Shown here in pieces: positions 1 through 14,887 of a stretch of 64,000 nucleotides of DNA. The stretch is from Girardia tigrina (lineage: Eukaryota), in contig MQRK01244224.1 of NCBI GenBank assembly GCA_001938485.1, positions 21,310 to 85,309 on the forward strand, written 5' to 3'. Every line of letters starts with the position of its first letter. Position 1 is the stretch's first letter. Position numbers and translations under genes: made by a program. The notes under the pieces were generated by a model. It was given only the letters and a program-made list of their open reading frames with translations, had not been told where the DNA came from and made no database searches.

Positions 1-1374
1 TTTACATTTATTTTTAGTTTATTAAAATTATTTAATTTATTTTAATTTAAGTTAATATTTTTTACTTATTTATTTTATTTAAATTTACTTTATTTTATTG
101 ATTACATATCTTATTCAATTTATTTATGTATTTTTTTAAAACTGAAAAAATGTTTGGTCAATCATCAAATTTTGCCCTGCAAAAGGTAAAAGAAAATTTT
201 AAAAAATTTAAATTTAAAATTAAAAAAATATTTTTATCTTAACAACAGTTGATTTTTCGTTATAGATTCTTTTTGAATTTGGAAACTTCTTTTGTTTTGT
301 GAACTTTTTTTGCAGCATAATTGTTTAGCCTCGTGTGTTTTGTTTAAAAATTGTATTGTGTTGAAAAATAAAAATTTTGTATGTTTATTGAGGTTAGTGT
401 GGAAATTAATTTTCAGTCGATTTTTAAATACATTTTTTTATTGTGAGATGAAACTAATGAATAAACATTTATTTAATTTGAAATTCGCATCGATAGATTT
501 TAAAAGAAATGCAAAAGAATTGGGAAAAGTCCAAGAAAAAAGAAAAAAAAATTAAATTTGCGATTTAAAAAGCAACATGGAAGACGCGTAAAATCACAGA
601 AAAGAACCAGGAGGTAAATTACCGGCGAATGAGTTCCCGTATCGACGCGGCAACAGCTCGATCGAGTTGGCAATGAATTCGATGAATCTTCATGATGACT
701 CTCCGAGGGAGCGCCAACCAGTGTGTTCAGGTACTCGCGAAGCCCTTCTTTGAACTTCACATCAAAAACACTCATTACTAGAATATTTATAAACTAAATC
801 TCAACCCAAGATAATTGGAGTAGCTGATTTGTTGCTGAACATACTTTCAACTCTTTATGTTTGAGAGAAAAAAGTAAAGAATTACATCTGATTCTAGATA
901 ACCATCTTATAAATACTCTTTATTTTATCCTTATAACCCTTAAAACTTAGACTGTCAGGTGAAATTAGAAATCCATGTTATGCTTTTAACTGAAACTTCA
1001 TTCGATAGGAATTGCTTTCTTTAGACATCTCATTGCAGAGCTACAAAAACGCAAAGAAAAAATGTACAAAACAAGAAAGTATGCAGATTTTTCCTAAGGG
1101 TTTTTTATGTTAACTGATAACTCATACAAAAACGTAAATGAAAAAATCAATAATCAAGTAATTATTAATCAGTAATGGAAGAAAAAGTAATCTGTATTTC
1201 TTTGGCCACTTCATTTAATTGCGACGAAAGTGTCGATTCAGATATAAGTTCAATAAATTATTGCTTTCATCAAGGGTAGTTCTGTACTGGAAGAACAAAC
1301 TTTTTGAGATTGGGTTTTTTACACATAATATACTCAGAAATGACTGACCAGTAAAAGTTTCTGGTGAAGAATCA

Positions 1375-1653
1375 ATGGAAAAAGCGATCATCGAAAAGAC
1401 CGATATCAAGAGATATTTTACTGTTCGTAAGATTTTAAAATCTGAAAATTATTTTCCATACAAACCTCTTAATTTCACATTTTTATATGATCGGGATGGC
1501 GATCGTCAAATTAAATTTTGTGAGGTAATGAGACAGAAATTTAATGATGATCTAGCTTTACTACGAAAAATAACATCCACTGACAAATCTGTCATGCCGT
1601 TTATCTCTAAACTACGGCAAACTCTAAAATCAGAATCGCCGACATCAGTGTGA
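1375..1653 (+). mobile_element. Degenerate Tc1/mariner-superfamily transposase fragment
   Basis: TVRKILK..PYKP...DRDGDRQIKFCEVM..DD...ITSTD resembles the linker leading to the first catalytic Asp of Tc1-like transposases. Confidence 0.5.
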
Positions 1654-2563
1654 GAGATAATTTGGAATGTTGTAAGTTTGTTGTTTGTATGCTGTTTAGA
1701 TTTGTGACTCTCCTACTCAGATGGGATTGATATGTTTATTGATTGATTGTTTGAATCGAATGAAATTAATTTAATGATATTAATTTTAAGTACTAATTAA
1801 TTAAAGTTTGATAATTATGAATTTTAATAATATTTTCGGTAAATGATTTTAACTTATTAAATGTAATATATTTTAAAAATTAATATTTATTTAAAAAATT
1901 ATGTAATGACTTTTATCCAGTAAAAATTATGAGAAATTAAAATTTATTATTAATCTTTCCCATTCATTGTTTTTTTAGATTTGAATATATTTACAAAAAA
2001 CTATATCAATCAAAGAAAGATGACCAATGAGAATTGTTGCGAAGAATCTGTTTGTGTTGTAAATAAATGTTTGCATTCAAATTGTGATGTTGTTAATAAC
2101 CAGTATTACGCCCAGCCTCACTATTTTGATATGTATCTTTTGTACGAAATAAGTATCGAAACCGTGAATGGTGAGAGATATTCTGAACTATTATTTAATC
2201 GTGTCGTTCTAATTTTCGTTGATCTCACTCCGTGTGACATTCGGTTTTGTAGTCACCACTTTCAATCTCTGTGTCCACCAATATTTACGTTTCCTAATAT
2301 TCAAGAGATTGTACAACAAATGAACAATATCGCCCTAAGTCAATTCCATGACTCTGAGAAATTTTCAAAAACGTGTTCAGCTTTGCCTTGACCTGAATGG
2401 TGAACTTTTTGATGTTTAGAAGAATTCTACATAATTTTAAACATGTTTGGATTCTTATTTATAACAAAATCAATGAAGATTAACATATTTCATTAAAAAA
2501 TATGTACATTTTAAAAACTTCATCGGTCTCTTCTACTTTGCCAATTATTAAACATTCAAAAGT

Positions 2564-2578
2564 TTACCGGTTTTTAAT
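2564..2578 (-). CDS. Possible terminal micro-exon of the channel gene (IKNR*)
   Basis: AG acceptor 72 nt after the 2650 donor gives ATT AAA AAC CGG TAA. Other downstream acceptors are equally possible. Confidence 0.25.
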   Translation of the reverse strand: MKNR

Positions 2579-2650
2579 CTTGATAAATTTATATTTTAGT
2601 TGAGGATAATTTAATATTTTATCAAACTTGGCATCATTAAAAATACTCAC

Positions 2651-2698
2651 TAGATATTCTCTGTCTCTTTTTTTCATTATCCGGCGTCTTTTACAAGC
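2651..2698 (-). CDS. Pentameric ligand-gated ion channel exon (basic post-M4 tail)
   Basis: Acceptor ttatttattaag and donor gtgagt; 48 nt, phase 0/0: ACKRRRIMKKRDREYL, in frame with the M4 exon. Confidence 0.7.
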
Positions 2699-3279
2699 CT
2701 TAATAAATAATTAATATAAAATTAATTTCAAATAAAATATTAGATTTTTACACGCAGTACATATTTGTTTGGATAAATATTAATAATGTTTACACCCACT
2801 TCAGGGATACTAAGTTTATAGAGTTTTTAAGAATCGCTATCTAAAGAATAAAAAAAGTAAACAGAAATAAAATTTATAAAACATTTTAATTAAAATGTAT
2901 TGATCCTGTGTTCTTCAAATGCATATTGTAAAAGTAATTTTACTTTCAGACAAAAATCGACCACGCAAACCGACTCTTTAACTGCAAAATGATCAACAGA
3001 GACACTTTTTGCCTTTGACTCTGAAACCGCATAGAAAAATCAAATAAAAAATATCTTTTTCATTTAACAACAGTCAGAGAATTAAGTAAAGAATTATGAA
3101 TTTATTCAATAAAAATTAAACTACAGTATTTATAAATTGAGGTATATATAAATCAATTTACGTAAAAGTTTTTAAATGCTCAACATAAGTAAAATGGAAT
3201 CAAATAAAAATTTATAAGATACAATAATAATAATAATAATAATAATAATTTGTTTTCGATGTAAAAATTTGTTTACAAT

Positions 3280-3800
3280 GGTGTTGGTGCTGTTTTGTGA
3301 GGATTGGTACCGGACCGTATGCCACAATTACGAATGAATATACTGCCGTCAAGCTAAAATGATCCTCATCTGTCCATAAAACAGATAAAATGACATTTCA
3401 TCTTCTTTCTATCTTTTCGAAAACAAATTGGCAAAAATGACACAGGACTCCAAATGAGTATCGTTGATCTCTCACGATATGGTTTCAGTTTTAATGTTTG
3501 TTTCATTATTTTATGGGATGTAAAACATTCACTCATTAACTCACTGTTTGAAGGTGCAAAATCTGTGAGTATTCGTATTCGGTCGAGTATTTTTTTTTAA
3601 TGCATATTTATCATTTTCGATAGTTTTTGTCAAAAACACTTAGTTGAACTGAGTGTTGAAGGTCATCAACTCGTCCAGTTTTCTCAAAACGATCAATAAA
3701 TCTTGAAACACTTGTTAGAGTACATGACTGTATTTTGGTTTGCTTATCTAAACAATAGAGAAGCAATGTAGAAATTGGAGACTTTTTGCTGCGATAGTAG
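3280..3800 (-). mobile_element. Degenerate Tc1-like transposase (DUF4817-type N-terminus)
   Basis: SVSRFIDRFEKTGRVDD followed by LKLKPYR...LWTDEDHFSL; multiple stops. Confidence 0.55.
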
Positions 3801-4527
3801 CAGGAAATTAGTTTGATACGTTGTAAATCTATAATTTTACTTGATATAGTAGTGAAATGATGAAAAAATAGCATGCAATAGTAGGTTAATGAAACTCACA
3901 CATATATGACATCGATTAATCAAAGCTCGTTGTTGTTTAAACTTTTTTTTTGTTTATCTAAAAGTTTCTACTTAACACATTGAGTTCATGTTTTCTTTAT
4001 CCTAGAATATTTGAGTGTAAAATGAGATATTAAAAAACGTTTTGTCTGCCAGATGTTCGGTTGCTATTGAGATCGCTTGTTTTGGTGTGTAGTGCGTTAA
4101 GGTCCATTGCAGGTTTAATTTTTTTTCGTAATCTGACATGTTATTTCACATCTTGGGTTTGCGTTAAATGGTGAAAATCCTTTTTATAAACATTCGAATG
4201 TCTAGGAATCCTGTTCATATATTGTTTCATATCGAGAGAATGAGTTAGAGAAAAGAAGTACTCTGATTGAACGTTTTTTGTATCACATAAATTCACCGTA
4301 TGGTGGTTCGTAGCTTCAAATACCAAAAGTCTACCTTTCCAACAAAGATCGGCTATTATTGAGTGAATTATCGGCAAAATTCATGACCTCAAAGTGCCAA
4401 GACGATTTTTCCAACAATCCGCAACAATGGTAATAATTTTGATAATAGTCACTAATAGTCACTAATATAGTCACTAATCGTTAGGAAACCAATGAAGTAT
4501 AAGTCAAATAACTTCGTTACTCTAACC

Positions 4528-4923
4528 TAGTGTTTCTGAAAATCCATGACAAGGCAAGCACAAAATGAATGGGCCATGCTTTCGCGACACTCACATGTTT
4601 GATTTTCAATTTTTTTCATTAATATTTAGACAAGAGTTTTTTTATATACATACTATTAAAAAGAAAAAGTTTGGCAAGTACTTCGTAAATTAATTTAAAA
4701 TTAAAACTAAAACGCAATTTTCTCTAATATTGTTTGGCAGGAAAAAAAATTTCAAATATTTTTGCAATCTCTCTTAAAAATTTCTTTTTTTATTTCTTTT
4801 TTATATTTATCATATTTTTCAGAATTTACAAATATTAGAATTCAATTTTTCATTATCAAGCGACCATTTTCATACTGACTGCAATCATACATGTGGTCGC
4901 GACCCCCTGTTTGAGAATCACTG
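4528..4923. mobile_element. Non-autonomous hAT element
   Basis: Ends tagtgtttctgaa / ttgagaatcactg, with near-identical 8-bp flanks ctctaacc / ctcttacc. Confidence 0.55.
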
Positions 4924-5189
4924 CTCTTACCTACATGAAAGGACTAATAATGACTTTCAATTTAAGTTAGATTGATAGCTTTATTAAGAAAACAATACAA
5001 AATAACTCAAACGTTTCTGTATTTAAATGACAATTTCCTTTACTAAGCATTCTCAAATGGATACAACCAGTATTAATTTTTGAATTAGATTATTAGAGAA
5101 ATGAAACTTTGGTTGATAGATGAAATTTCCAGAAATTTTACTCGTAAAAAATCAAACTTTCAATGCGGTCAAAAAATGTTTGTCTAAAC

Positions 5190-5478
5190 CAGAGGTCGGC
5201 AATCTATTAAGACGGAAGAGCCAAAAGTTACAATTTACAGAATTTTCCTGATTTTAAAGAGCCACTAAATAATTTTGTTTTAATAATATAGTAATATATT
5301 TATATAAATGACTTTAAGAATAATATTTATTCATATGAAAACATACAAATTTTTTTAGCACAAACTTATTTCTGCTAGAATAATAAAATATTTAATTTAT
5401 GTATATGAAACATGAGAGCCACAACTTTATAGCGAAAGATCCGCATGCGGCTCGCAAGCCGCAGGTTGCCGACCCCTG
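5190..5478. mobile_element. hAT (Buster/Charlie-like) MITE
   Basis: TIRs CAGAGGTCGGCAA / TTGCCGACCCCTG and subterminal GAGCC motifs. Left flank gtctaaac fits a hAT target; the right TSD is not conserved. Confidence 0.7.
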
Positions 5479-7199
5479 GTAAGACCAAACCGAAAACATA
5501 TCATGGTAGTCTGAGAAGGGCTGTTGATATTATTACAAGAACGACATTATTATATTTGTAATAATAAATATTATTTGATACTTATTTTAACTTTACTGTT
5601 AGATTTTTAAGAAAATATAATTTCATACATTTTATCATTTTGAGAAATAATTTAACAAAAAAATAGAAAATAATAAAAACTGACATTGTATTAAAATCAT
5701 GAGGGATTTCTGTCCGAAGTCTCGATTCTCGATGTCATCTAGAAATCCGACTTCAGCACTTACAATCTCATATGATAAAAGTCAAATAAAAGACAAAAAA
5801 ATCATCAAAATTTTAATTTTTAATGTAAAATTATTTATTTTTTATATATAATGAAGAACTTTTCCTTTCTAATTTCTTCTCTATACCTAATTTAAATAAT
5901 AAACTTTCTATTAAAAGTTTTATATTTTTTGCTTTCTATTTTTGAAAATTTTTTTTGATGTTAAATTTATTTATTTTAATCAATAATTATTTTTTGAATT
6001 TTAATTTATTTAATCTAACTAATACATTTAATTTAATTTATGTCTATTGAAATAAACATTTTCATCGGTCATTGTTGCTTGATTTATTGACGAGATTTTT
6101 TATTCCAACAGGTCAAATAGGAAATAGTGCAATACATCGTCCAAGTAACGGGAGCAATGACAATGCCAACAACAGACGCCACCACAAACTATAATTAATT
6201 AATTTATTTAATTAAATTTTATTGATATAATTTAATGCTATTATCATAATTTTCGAAATTTATTGAACCTCGATAATTCGCCGAAATATTTGTAACTTTA
6301 TTCACTCTAAAAATTAGTTAATAGAAATAAAATTTTAATTTCTTTACATTTAGTCTTACTTACCGATGAATGATTTATACATATCAGACTTACAGTGGTA
6401 ATTACAGAGTGGTCTGAATTATAGTTATTTATATTAAAATAATATATCTTTATTCATTTATTTATTATTTATTTTTTTAATAAATTACTATATTGCCAAC
6501 TTTGGAACAGTTCTTTATTCCGAAAGGAAATTTTTATTCAATCTCAGAACCAAAAAAGACCTCCGAATTTAGTTTAATGTAAAAAAATTATAAGAAAAAA
6601 GAGTCAATCAATTCTAAAAATTTAACTTAAGCAAAATGCCGTCTCTCTATAAAAAATTATTAAGCAAATTAAAAAGTACACTGTGTTCAAGTTTGATTTA
6701 CGATATTATTTTGTCTCTTTGGGCATTGTGAAGGACTCATGTGAAAAGCTCATTCTTTAAATTTTTGAATAAATAATTTTTATAAATAATATTTGAAATA
6801 AGTAAATATTTAAAATCTTTATTAATTAGAAATGTTTCACAAAAAAAAGAGAAATAACATTAAACTAATTCTAAAATAATAAAAAATCATTAAAGTTAAT
6901 TTAGTAAAAATATGACAACAAAATTTTGTTGGTTTTAATTTAAAAATAAGGAATGTAAATTTTCAAAATAAATAGAATTAAAAATTTTCAATTTTAAATA
7001 ACTTATCAGTTATTTATATTTATAATTTCATATTTTTATATAAGAATCTGGTCATAAAGAAAACGATAGAAAAGTTCCTTTTCAAAAAATTTTTATTAAA
7101 AACAACAATTTTTATTGCAACAAAAATTGTTAACTAAAAATTGTGTGAATAATTGTTAATTGTGTTATTAATAAATTTTTGGTGTTAATGAATTCTAAT

Positions 7200-7740
7200 A
7201 TTGATCAAGAACCCAACAGACATTAAGACCGCCTTTTGCGATTTGAAAGATATCAAAATATGAAAGAAGATTAAGTTATTCTCACTTGTCAATGTTTCAT
7301 AATAAACGGAACTTTCTTACATTTCCACTAGCAGTAGAAGTTAATAAAAAATTCCTCAACCCAATATTTTAACAATAATGTACGGTCTCGATGGGGATCG
7401 AAATATAAATCCGAAAGAAGGATCTTCTGATATAAAACTAGAAGTTGAACTTTTAGATCTAAACGATAATAAGAAAGATGTGAGTGCGAATTATGGATTC
7501 AAATTGTTTTTCCTCATAAAGAATAAAGAATATTTAATAAATGACTTAGTTGAAATTGCTAAAGTAAATCAAAGAACAATAGAATTTATAAAAATGAAGA
7601 ATACTCAACAAATTCGCACAGCTCATTGTTTAGTAGCAAATATACGTCACCTTCATTCAATGTCAATGTTAAGAAAACGGTGATACAACTCAAAAAAATG
7701 TTGGCATAGAAGGTCTGGATGGAGATAATGGATTCTATCC
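7200..7740 (+). mobile_element. Possible decayed MULE transposase remnant
   Basis: IINGTF and a CWHRR segment weakly resemble the MULE DGTF and EGWHRR motifs. Confidence 0.25.
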
Positions 7741-8439
7741 AAAATATTTATATTTTTATAAATAAAATATTAAATAATAATTAAAGAATAATGAAATTGA
7801 AGTTTGAATTTGAAATTGTAATTCGATATTCATATGGGATAATATGATGTATAATTTCATATTATGGAATTTAATTTTTATAATTTACGATTTATACTTT
7901 GTAAACTATAAATTATAAAACAATAATAAAGAATTCAAAAGAAGATTCTAAATTATTATTGAAATAAAAAAAGAAAAAAAACCAAAACCATCCCTATACC
8001 TCAATTATAATGTATAATTTGTATAATTTGAGCATTATCGAATAAAATCCCGAAAAAGTGTTTTGATCAAGTATAATTGTAAGAGAGTGTTGTTGTTAAT
8101 TTTTTAATTTTCAGAAATAGGAAATTCGGTTTTTTAAAAATTTCGAATTATAATCGAAATTAAAAAAAAATTGGAAAATTAAAAATAAGAAAATAAAAAA
8201 ATGAAAATTTGTTTAAATAACAAATTTAACCTTTTGTAGATTTTGAATAAATTTTGCAAGTTTTAATTTCTTTTGATTTAGAATGGAAGATAATTCCTCA
8301 CCTAACAATAATAATAATATTTCTTTTCAACACATTCACGATATGCTATACTCTCCTCGAAAATACAATCACTAATATCGTCAACTGATTTCGAATTTCC
8401 TTCTACAACGGTATAACATTGTTAAAATACTTTTCGTTC

Positions 8440-8776
8440 TAAATATTAACTAGTAAATCAAAAAGGATTTTTTATTTCCATTCTTTATGATGTCAGAATT
8501 CCCGTTAGCCAAGAGAATTTTTTATCTTTTGTAGAAGGGAAATTACTATTACATTTACTTTGATCTTTACGTTTTTGCTAATATAAACTACTTATAATTT
8601 ATAAGTAGATCTTTTTATATTAATATTGTCCAATATATTTGGCCATTTTTTCCCATTCTGGGACCTTTGAAAGATTTTTTGATCAAATTTTTACATTATC
8701 GTTTATTGTCATCGACAATGAGTGAGTGTGCAAATTGATGGTGTAAAAAGCCTTTAAAATAGGTTTCTAAATTCCA
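8440..8776 (-). repeat. Dispersed non-autonomous repeat family A (terminus tggaatttagaaacc)
   Basis: Reverse-complement match to the copies at 25531-25960 and 53867-54200. Confidence 0.75.
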
Positions 8777-9177
8777 TGGATTATAAAATTATCAAATTAA
8801 ATATCATTTTTTATATTCAATATTTTAAGTTATACTTGAATATTCGGTAAATACATAAAGTTCTAAGTTCTAGGACCTCGTAAAAAGCAATTACGTGTCA
8901 TGAATTTAGATGAGAGAGAGGGTCACATTTGGGAGACAAATCTTCATCTCAAAACATGGAATTCAATAATTTTTATTTAGTATTGATGAATATGTAATTC
9001 TATCCTTATTATATGGTCTCCATATTACGCATCAGAAACATGGTCACTTACTATTAAGTTTTGTGCTTTAAAAATATATTAAATAATAAAATTTACTTAT
9101 TTAAGGTACACTCATAGGTCATATCATATTAATTAATTTTTACAATAATTAAACGATAAAATAATATTCTCACTTAC

Positions 9178-9372
9178 CACAGCATAAATCATGACAATGA
9201 AACCAATATTGTATCCTGTGAAAGATATGGCCATCCCTATTATTACATATGTTTCCATATCCTTCGGTAACATATACTCTGAACGTTTAGCAAAATTTTC
9301 AATGACCACAATCAGGCCGTGCCATACACAAATAACGGTCAAAATAAACAGACTGGATATCACATATTTATC
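9178..9372 (-). CDS. Pentameric ligand-gated ion channel exon (M3, short loop, M4)
   Basis: Acceptor tattttag and donor gtaagt; 195 nt, phase 0/0: DKYVISSLFILTVICVWHGLIVVIENFAKRSEYMLPKDMETYVIIGMAISFTGYNIGFIVMIYAV. Joining to the previous exon gives the conserved SYLTYL-DKY. Confidence 0.9.
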
Positions 9373-12300
9373 CTAAAATAAAATAAATTGATATTTTTTG
9401 TGAATATATCAATTTGAATAGTAAAAAGTCAGATTTAATGCTCTTCAAGAGTTAAATTTTGAGCCTTTTTAGAAATACTTTGTATTATTTTACATTAAAA
9501 TTTTATGTGGGTCTCAAACAACTGTTTGATCTTTATTAAGAACACTAACATGATTGCAGGGACCGGTAGTAAATCTGCCAAACGATTTCCCCCCGTATTT
9601 CAAACATAAAATGTTCTCTTTTCTTTTTTTTAAATAAAAAGTCCTCTTCAGTGATTACAATCAAAAAAATTTTGACATAGTACTAACAAATAAAAAAAAT
9701 TAAATTTCTTTCTAAATTTAAGAAAACTGGATTTAAAAAAAATAAAAAATTCTTATTTTAGATAAGAATTCATAAAAGAATTTTATTGAAATAGTAGAAT
9801 ACAACACCATATCGAATCTCTAAACAATCTCCAGCAAATTTCTCTTCAATTATCAAATAACCACGATTTTCTATTTCAAATAACTTTTTTTGCCAGAAAT
9901 TTCGTTTTTTCATAGGGAAAATATTTGTGGAGACGTTTTAAGCATTTACCAACCTCTACACAATGATATAAGAAGTAAACTGGTCAGCTAATCCAGGGCA
10001 ACAATCCATACTGCACGCCACGACATTTTCTTCACACATCGCCATTTCTAATTATGACAAAGCTAACGAGAAATCTGAAACAAGGTCCAGGAACAATAAA
10101 TCTATCAAAAACCGAGCGACAACAGCAATACTGGTAGTACTGGTTAGTCCAATTATTTTCAATTTATATTGTGAATGGTTTAACATCATTCAATTGAATT
10201 TCTTTTTTTAATTTTAATTATAAATTTAGCTCATTATATTCTAACTCTTATTGGTTATATTTGACCACATTCTTGTTTTAAATCTCACATTTCCGGGGAA
10301 ACGATAGGTCGTAAACTTCACCACGAACATATCCCAAACTTCACGTTTCTAAAACCCCAATACCGGTTCATCAGCACAGTTATAATGTCACCAGCAGACT
10401 ACACGGGATACTACAGTGTTCGAAGTTCCTAGTCTCGCCTTATGAGCTCATCCGCAATACCAAAACGGTAATGGAGAAGGAACTTCGATGTCTATTATCG
10501 TTATCATGAGGCGTCAAACCACTCTGACCACACATGATCTGGTCCACATATGATATATAGACTTATGACCACATGAAAAAGTACATTGTACTCTACCTGA
10601 TGAAACGAAACCGAATCTTAAAACAGACGGAGAGAAAAATACTTTTTCTTTGCCGATAACATTATCACCGTACTTTGTGAACTCGAACAGATCATCCCAA
10701 TGCTAGTTGGATATCCTAGACCCAAAGGATCACAAACCATACCACTTGTCCTATCCCGCACTTTGCCTGTTACCTACCAGAATCATTCAATTCATCGAAA
10801 TAAAGTGGTGTCAATTGATTTAAACGAAAAACACTCCAGAGAACTAAAGAGAAAAACATTGGGATCATTTAAAATCTCTCTCAAAATCTCTCAATGATAT
10901 TTTGGAAACTTACTTCCAATCATCATCGCTAAGAAATTAAACACTTTTGGCATTGTTAACGAAAATCTCCACTGATTTACAAGCCATACATTCGGACATT
11001 GCGTAGGGATCAACAAACAAAGTTCTCAAATGTTTCTTCTTGTTTCTACTTTTGATACAAGCCGAACTAGCCAGTACTTCAATCACCGATCTCACATAAA
11101 TGACAAAGTACGCAGATAACAACAAAGAAACAAACTCAAATACCGCACGACCAGTTTTTGGTACCAACCGAATCAACTGCCAAATTTGCTGCATTAAAAA
11201 TGTAAATTTAAGTAATAATGACAAAATTAGACACTATAAGCCCCAGATGCCACAGTAAACTCCGTAATCGATTCCCAACCCCACTACATGCTGGTGTCAC
11301 AATAAATTTGGAGCAGACGGAAAAAATAAACACCAGTTATACATGGACGGATCTAAAATCCAAATGGAATATAAAAGACGTCTGCATCTATCACTCCCGA
11401 TAAGTTGACCAAGCAAAACACTGCGCACCAGATAAAATTCCTAAAACAATGTTTTGTATACGATGTAATTTTGGTTGTAATTCGTCTTTTGACAAAATAT
11501 AGAAGCAATGAATAATACAAATTTTGAAAAAAATGAAATTTTTATTTGAAATTTGTTTTAATAGGTATTTTTTGAAACATTTACATGTATTATTGAAAGC
11601 TTCTATTGTTGTTTCCGAATTTAAGTAAATTATTATTTGTATTTTGTTTTTTTATCTAAATTCAAAATTTTCCCTACTCTGCCCAAAGACTAGCTTTAAT
11701 TTAAATTTGAATCGTTTTAACATTTATCGAAGGAAATATCTCTGATTTTTGTATGTATATATGTATATGAATATGATAAATAATGATAAAGATAAATTAA
11801 AAAAATTAAATAGTTTAAATTAAGTTAAAAGAAAAGAAATAGAAATATAATAATTGAAAATTTAAAAATTAATCAATTTGAAATTCCGAACAAAGACATC
11901 GTATTATTGTAATTATTTTTATCAGAACTATGGTTGTCTTTGTTTCAGTTAGCGTTTGTGCTGCTTTGATTTCCGAGTGGAGAGAGATTGTGAGGCAATG
12001 AGTCGATTGGCCGGCTCGGATTTGTTAACTAATCAGAGTGAGCTTTGTCAGTTACAAGTGATTTGAAAATCACTTTTTATTATTGATTATATCTAATTGT
12101 TTGATTATTGTCGCTACTCGAACTTTTTGAATGAAATGAATTTGATATTTTCGATTTGAATTATTTTGCTCCGATTTTGATAATTATTTTTCGATTTTTG
12201 AAATTGTAACTAACCGAATTATTGTTGACAATTTAGTATTAATGAACAATCTGAATTATTTTTGACGATAAATTAACCATTTAAAAATAAAAAAATGAAG

Positions 12301-14589
12301 ACAATGACAACCAATTATTTAAAAAAGCGGCCCAGCACAAACTGCACAAATAACGCGACTCTGCTACTATCGGTCAGTCTCTAGGGCAATCTGGATGCTG
12401 CAATGAAAAATGTTTGAAAACATGCAGTAAATTAATATATTTTATATTATTTACATTGTTTTATATTCAAAATCTGTATGTATGTTTGGCATTTTTCTTT
12501 TTATTAAATAATTATGAAGCCAAAAAATTACAAGTGACAATCCCAAATCAATACACAACATTCAAACAAATCGAAGATTCCTCCCAATTTAAAATCAGTA
12601 CTTTATTTTGATAATTGGTAATCCCTTTCTTAATATTTATATTTTAACTTACTCATTTTTAATATAATTCTATACATCTTTTTATTCTTGTTTTTAGAGT
12701 AACTGATACAATTTATTAGAGATCAGAACATTCAGTGATCCTAAGCTTTTGTAATGCTTTATTACAGAAAAATATAATAAACTTTCTATCAAAATAATAT
12801 GTTAATTTCAACAAAATCTTCAATTTTTTTAAGTCAACAGACTTGATTATCTCGTTTCATTAACTGAATAAATTTTTCGATGAGTTACTTTAATGAGCAG
12901 ATGTTGAATTACTAGAATCTATACCTGCCTCCCCCTAAATATATTATTTTCTCCTATAGCTTGAATAATAGTACATGTATGAGAATGTTATCTAATAATG
13001 ATTATTATTATTATTAATGGTATGCATTACATAGAAAGAGGGATAATTCGAATACATTATTTAATTCAAATAAAATAAGAAATAATCTATTTTTAATGTA
13101 GCCAAAACATCCTACGTTTCGTAGATTTATGAAAAATACATTAAGTAAAACATAAAATGTTTTGTTATTTAAAGAAATAAGTTTCAATTATCATCATTAC
13201 AGTTTATTTTTTAATTAAAAAGTATTAAAAATATTTAAAAGACATTTCATAAATTATGAAATATCAAGAAGTCGAATTAACCTTTAGAAAAGTCAACATT
13301 CAACAAAAATGAATCAAATTTAATATTTGTTAACAATAAATGTGGTGCTCTCGTCAATTTCATTAAAAACTGTAAACTAAAAAAAGAAAAAACTCATAAT
13401 AATAGAAAATCGAAAATGTTAAATAAAAGAAGTAAGAGTTGTTTAAATTCGTATAAAAAAAGGAAAATTTTTAATGCTAAGAAAAAATATACCAAGATAT
13501 GTACCAATGAAACAAAAAACTGAGTAACAAAATGAGAAGACACTGTCAAATTATAATCATGCCTATAAGATTCATACAAGTATTTATATTAATGACTTAT
13601 AACTGTTAAAAAAAGCTTTTATATTATTTTCGAATTATATAGCATTCGATTATAATCTTAAATTTATCTACTAAACAAAAAATTTTTTTAATCCATTCTT
13701 TATATGGACAGAAGTTTACTTTGCCAACAAAATTTTTTTTGTAATCTTTTTTAGAACGGAAAATTTCATACAAATAATTTACAAATCCATTTTGCAATAG
13801 TTACTGTAAAAGAGCTAACTGAAAACGTGTTTCAGTGAACTCCTTTAGCGTAACAAAAAAATAAAGATGAATATGTATAGAACTTTTATTTTACTCAATA
13901 TAAATAAACATATAACAAAAAATCACATACGAGAGAGAGAGAAAGGCATGGATAAATCTCGATTTCGATTAGTGTTTATTGTTCTAAGATTTCAAAGGAA
14001 CAATCTTCTGTTGTAACAATGTCGATGGAAACGTCAGAGAATCATTTGGTTGCACAACGAGTGTTGTGTTGTTCAAAAGCTAATAATCTGTTTTTTAGTT
14101 CAAATATGTTAATTTTTATGAATGTTGATTGAAATTGTTATTTACAAAAATTGTTTATTTTTTTAACGAGTTATTTATGTCAAAAAATATGTTAAGTTTT
14201 TTTTAAGAAAAAAACTTTAATATATAAAATATAATTGTTTTAAATAAGTTAATTAGCGAAAGCTAATTACACAATTTAATTAAATCAATAAAAAATATAT
14301 TCGTTATTAATTCGTTCATTCATTATTTATTCTCGTTACTGGTAATTCCAAAACGATAACAACGAGATTTTGAGGAAATAAATTATATAAAGAGATGCAC
14401 TTTCAGGGGAAATATTGATAAATTGGTTTGCAGAAAATACCTTTACGAACCGATTCCGGAGAATAAATGCCCCGCAGGCAATATAATATAATTTTAATAA
14501 ATAATATTTATAATTTTTAATCGATATTCATATCGATTTTTGATATTTTTATATATAATATTATAATATAATATAAATATATGTGTGTG

Positions 14590-14843
14590 GTTCACTACAG
14601 TTACTAATAAAATAATAAATTTATTATAAAGCGTGGAAGGAAAAAAACAAAAACATTTGTATTTAATACATTTTAAACATTTGTGGATAATTGCAAAACG
14701 TTTTTTTGCAAAAAATATTTTGAGCTACTAGTTTGATCAAATTTTCAAAAAATAATTTATTATCATCGAGTATGAGAAAATTTGAAAAGTTTGGAGAAAA
14801 TGGATTAAGTAGAAGGCCTTCAAAAACAAGTTTCTAAATTCCA
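14590..14843 (-). repeat. Repeat family A, variant copy
   Basis: Ends in gtttctaaattcca; closely matches 38990-39230. Confidence 0.7.
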
Positions 14844-14848
14844 TATAT

Positions 14849-14886
<38 letters not shown>

Positions 14887-14887
14887 T

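Noticed and set aside
500-775. 91-aa GC-richer ORF
   Set aside because: No recognisable motif or splice structure; cannot be supported as a gene.
10597-10620. CTGATGA..GAAA hammerhead-like words
   Set aside because: No room for stem II and no stem I/III pairing.
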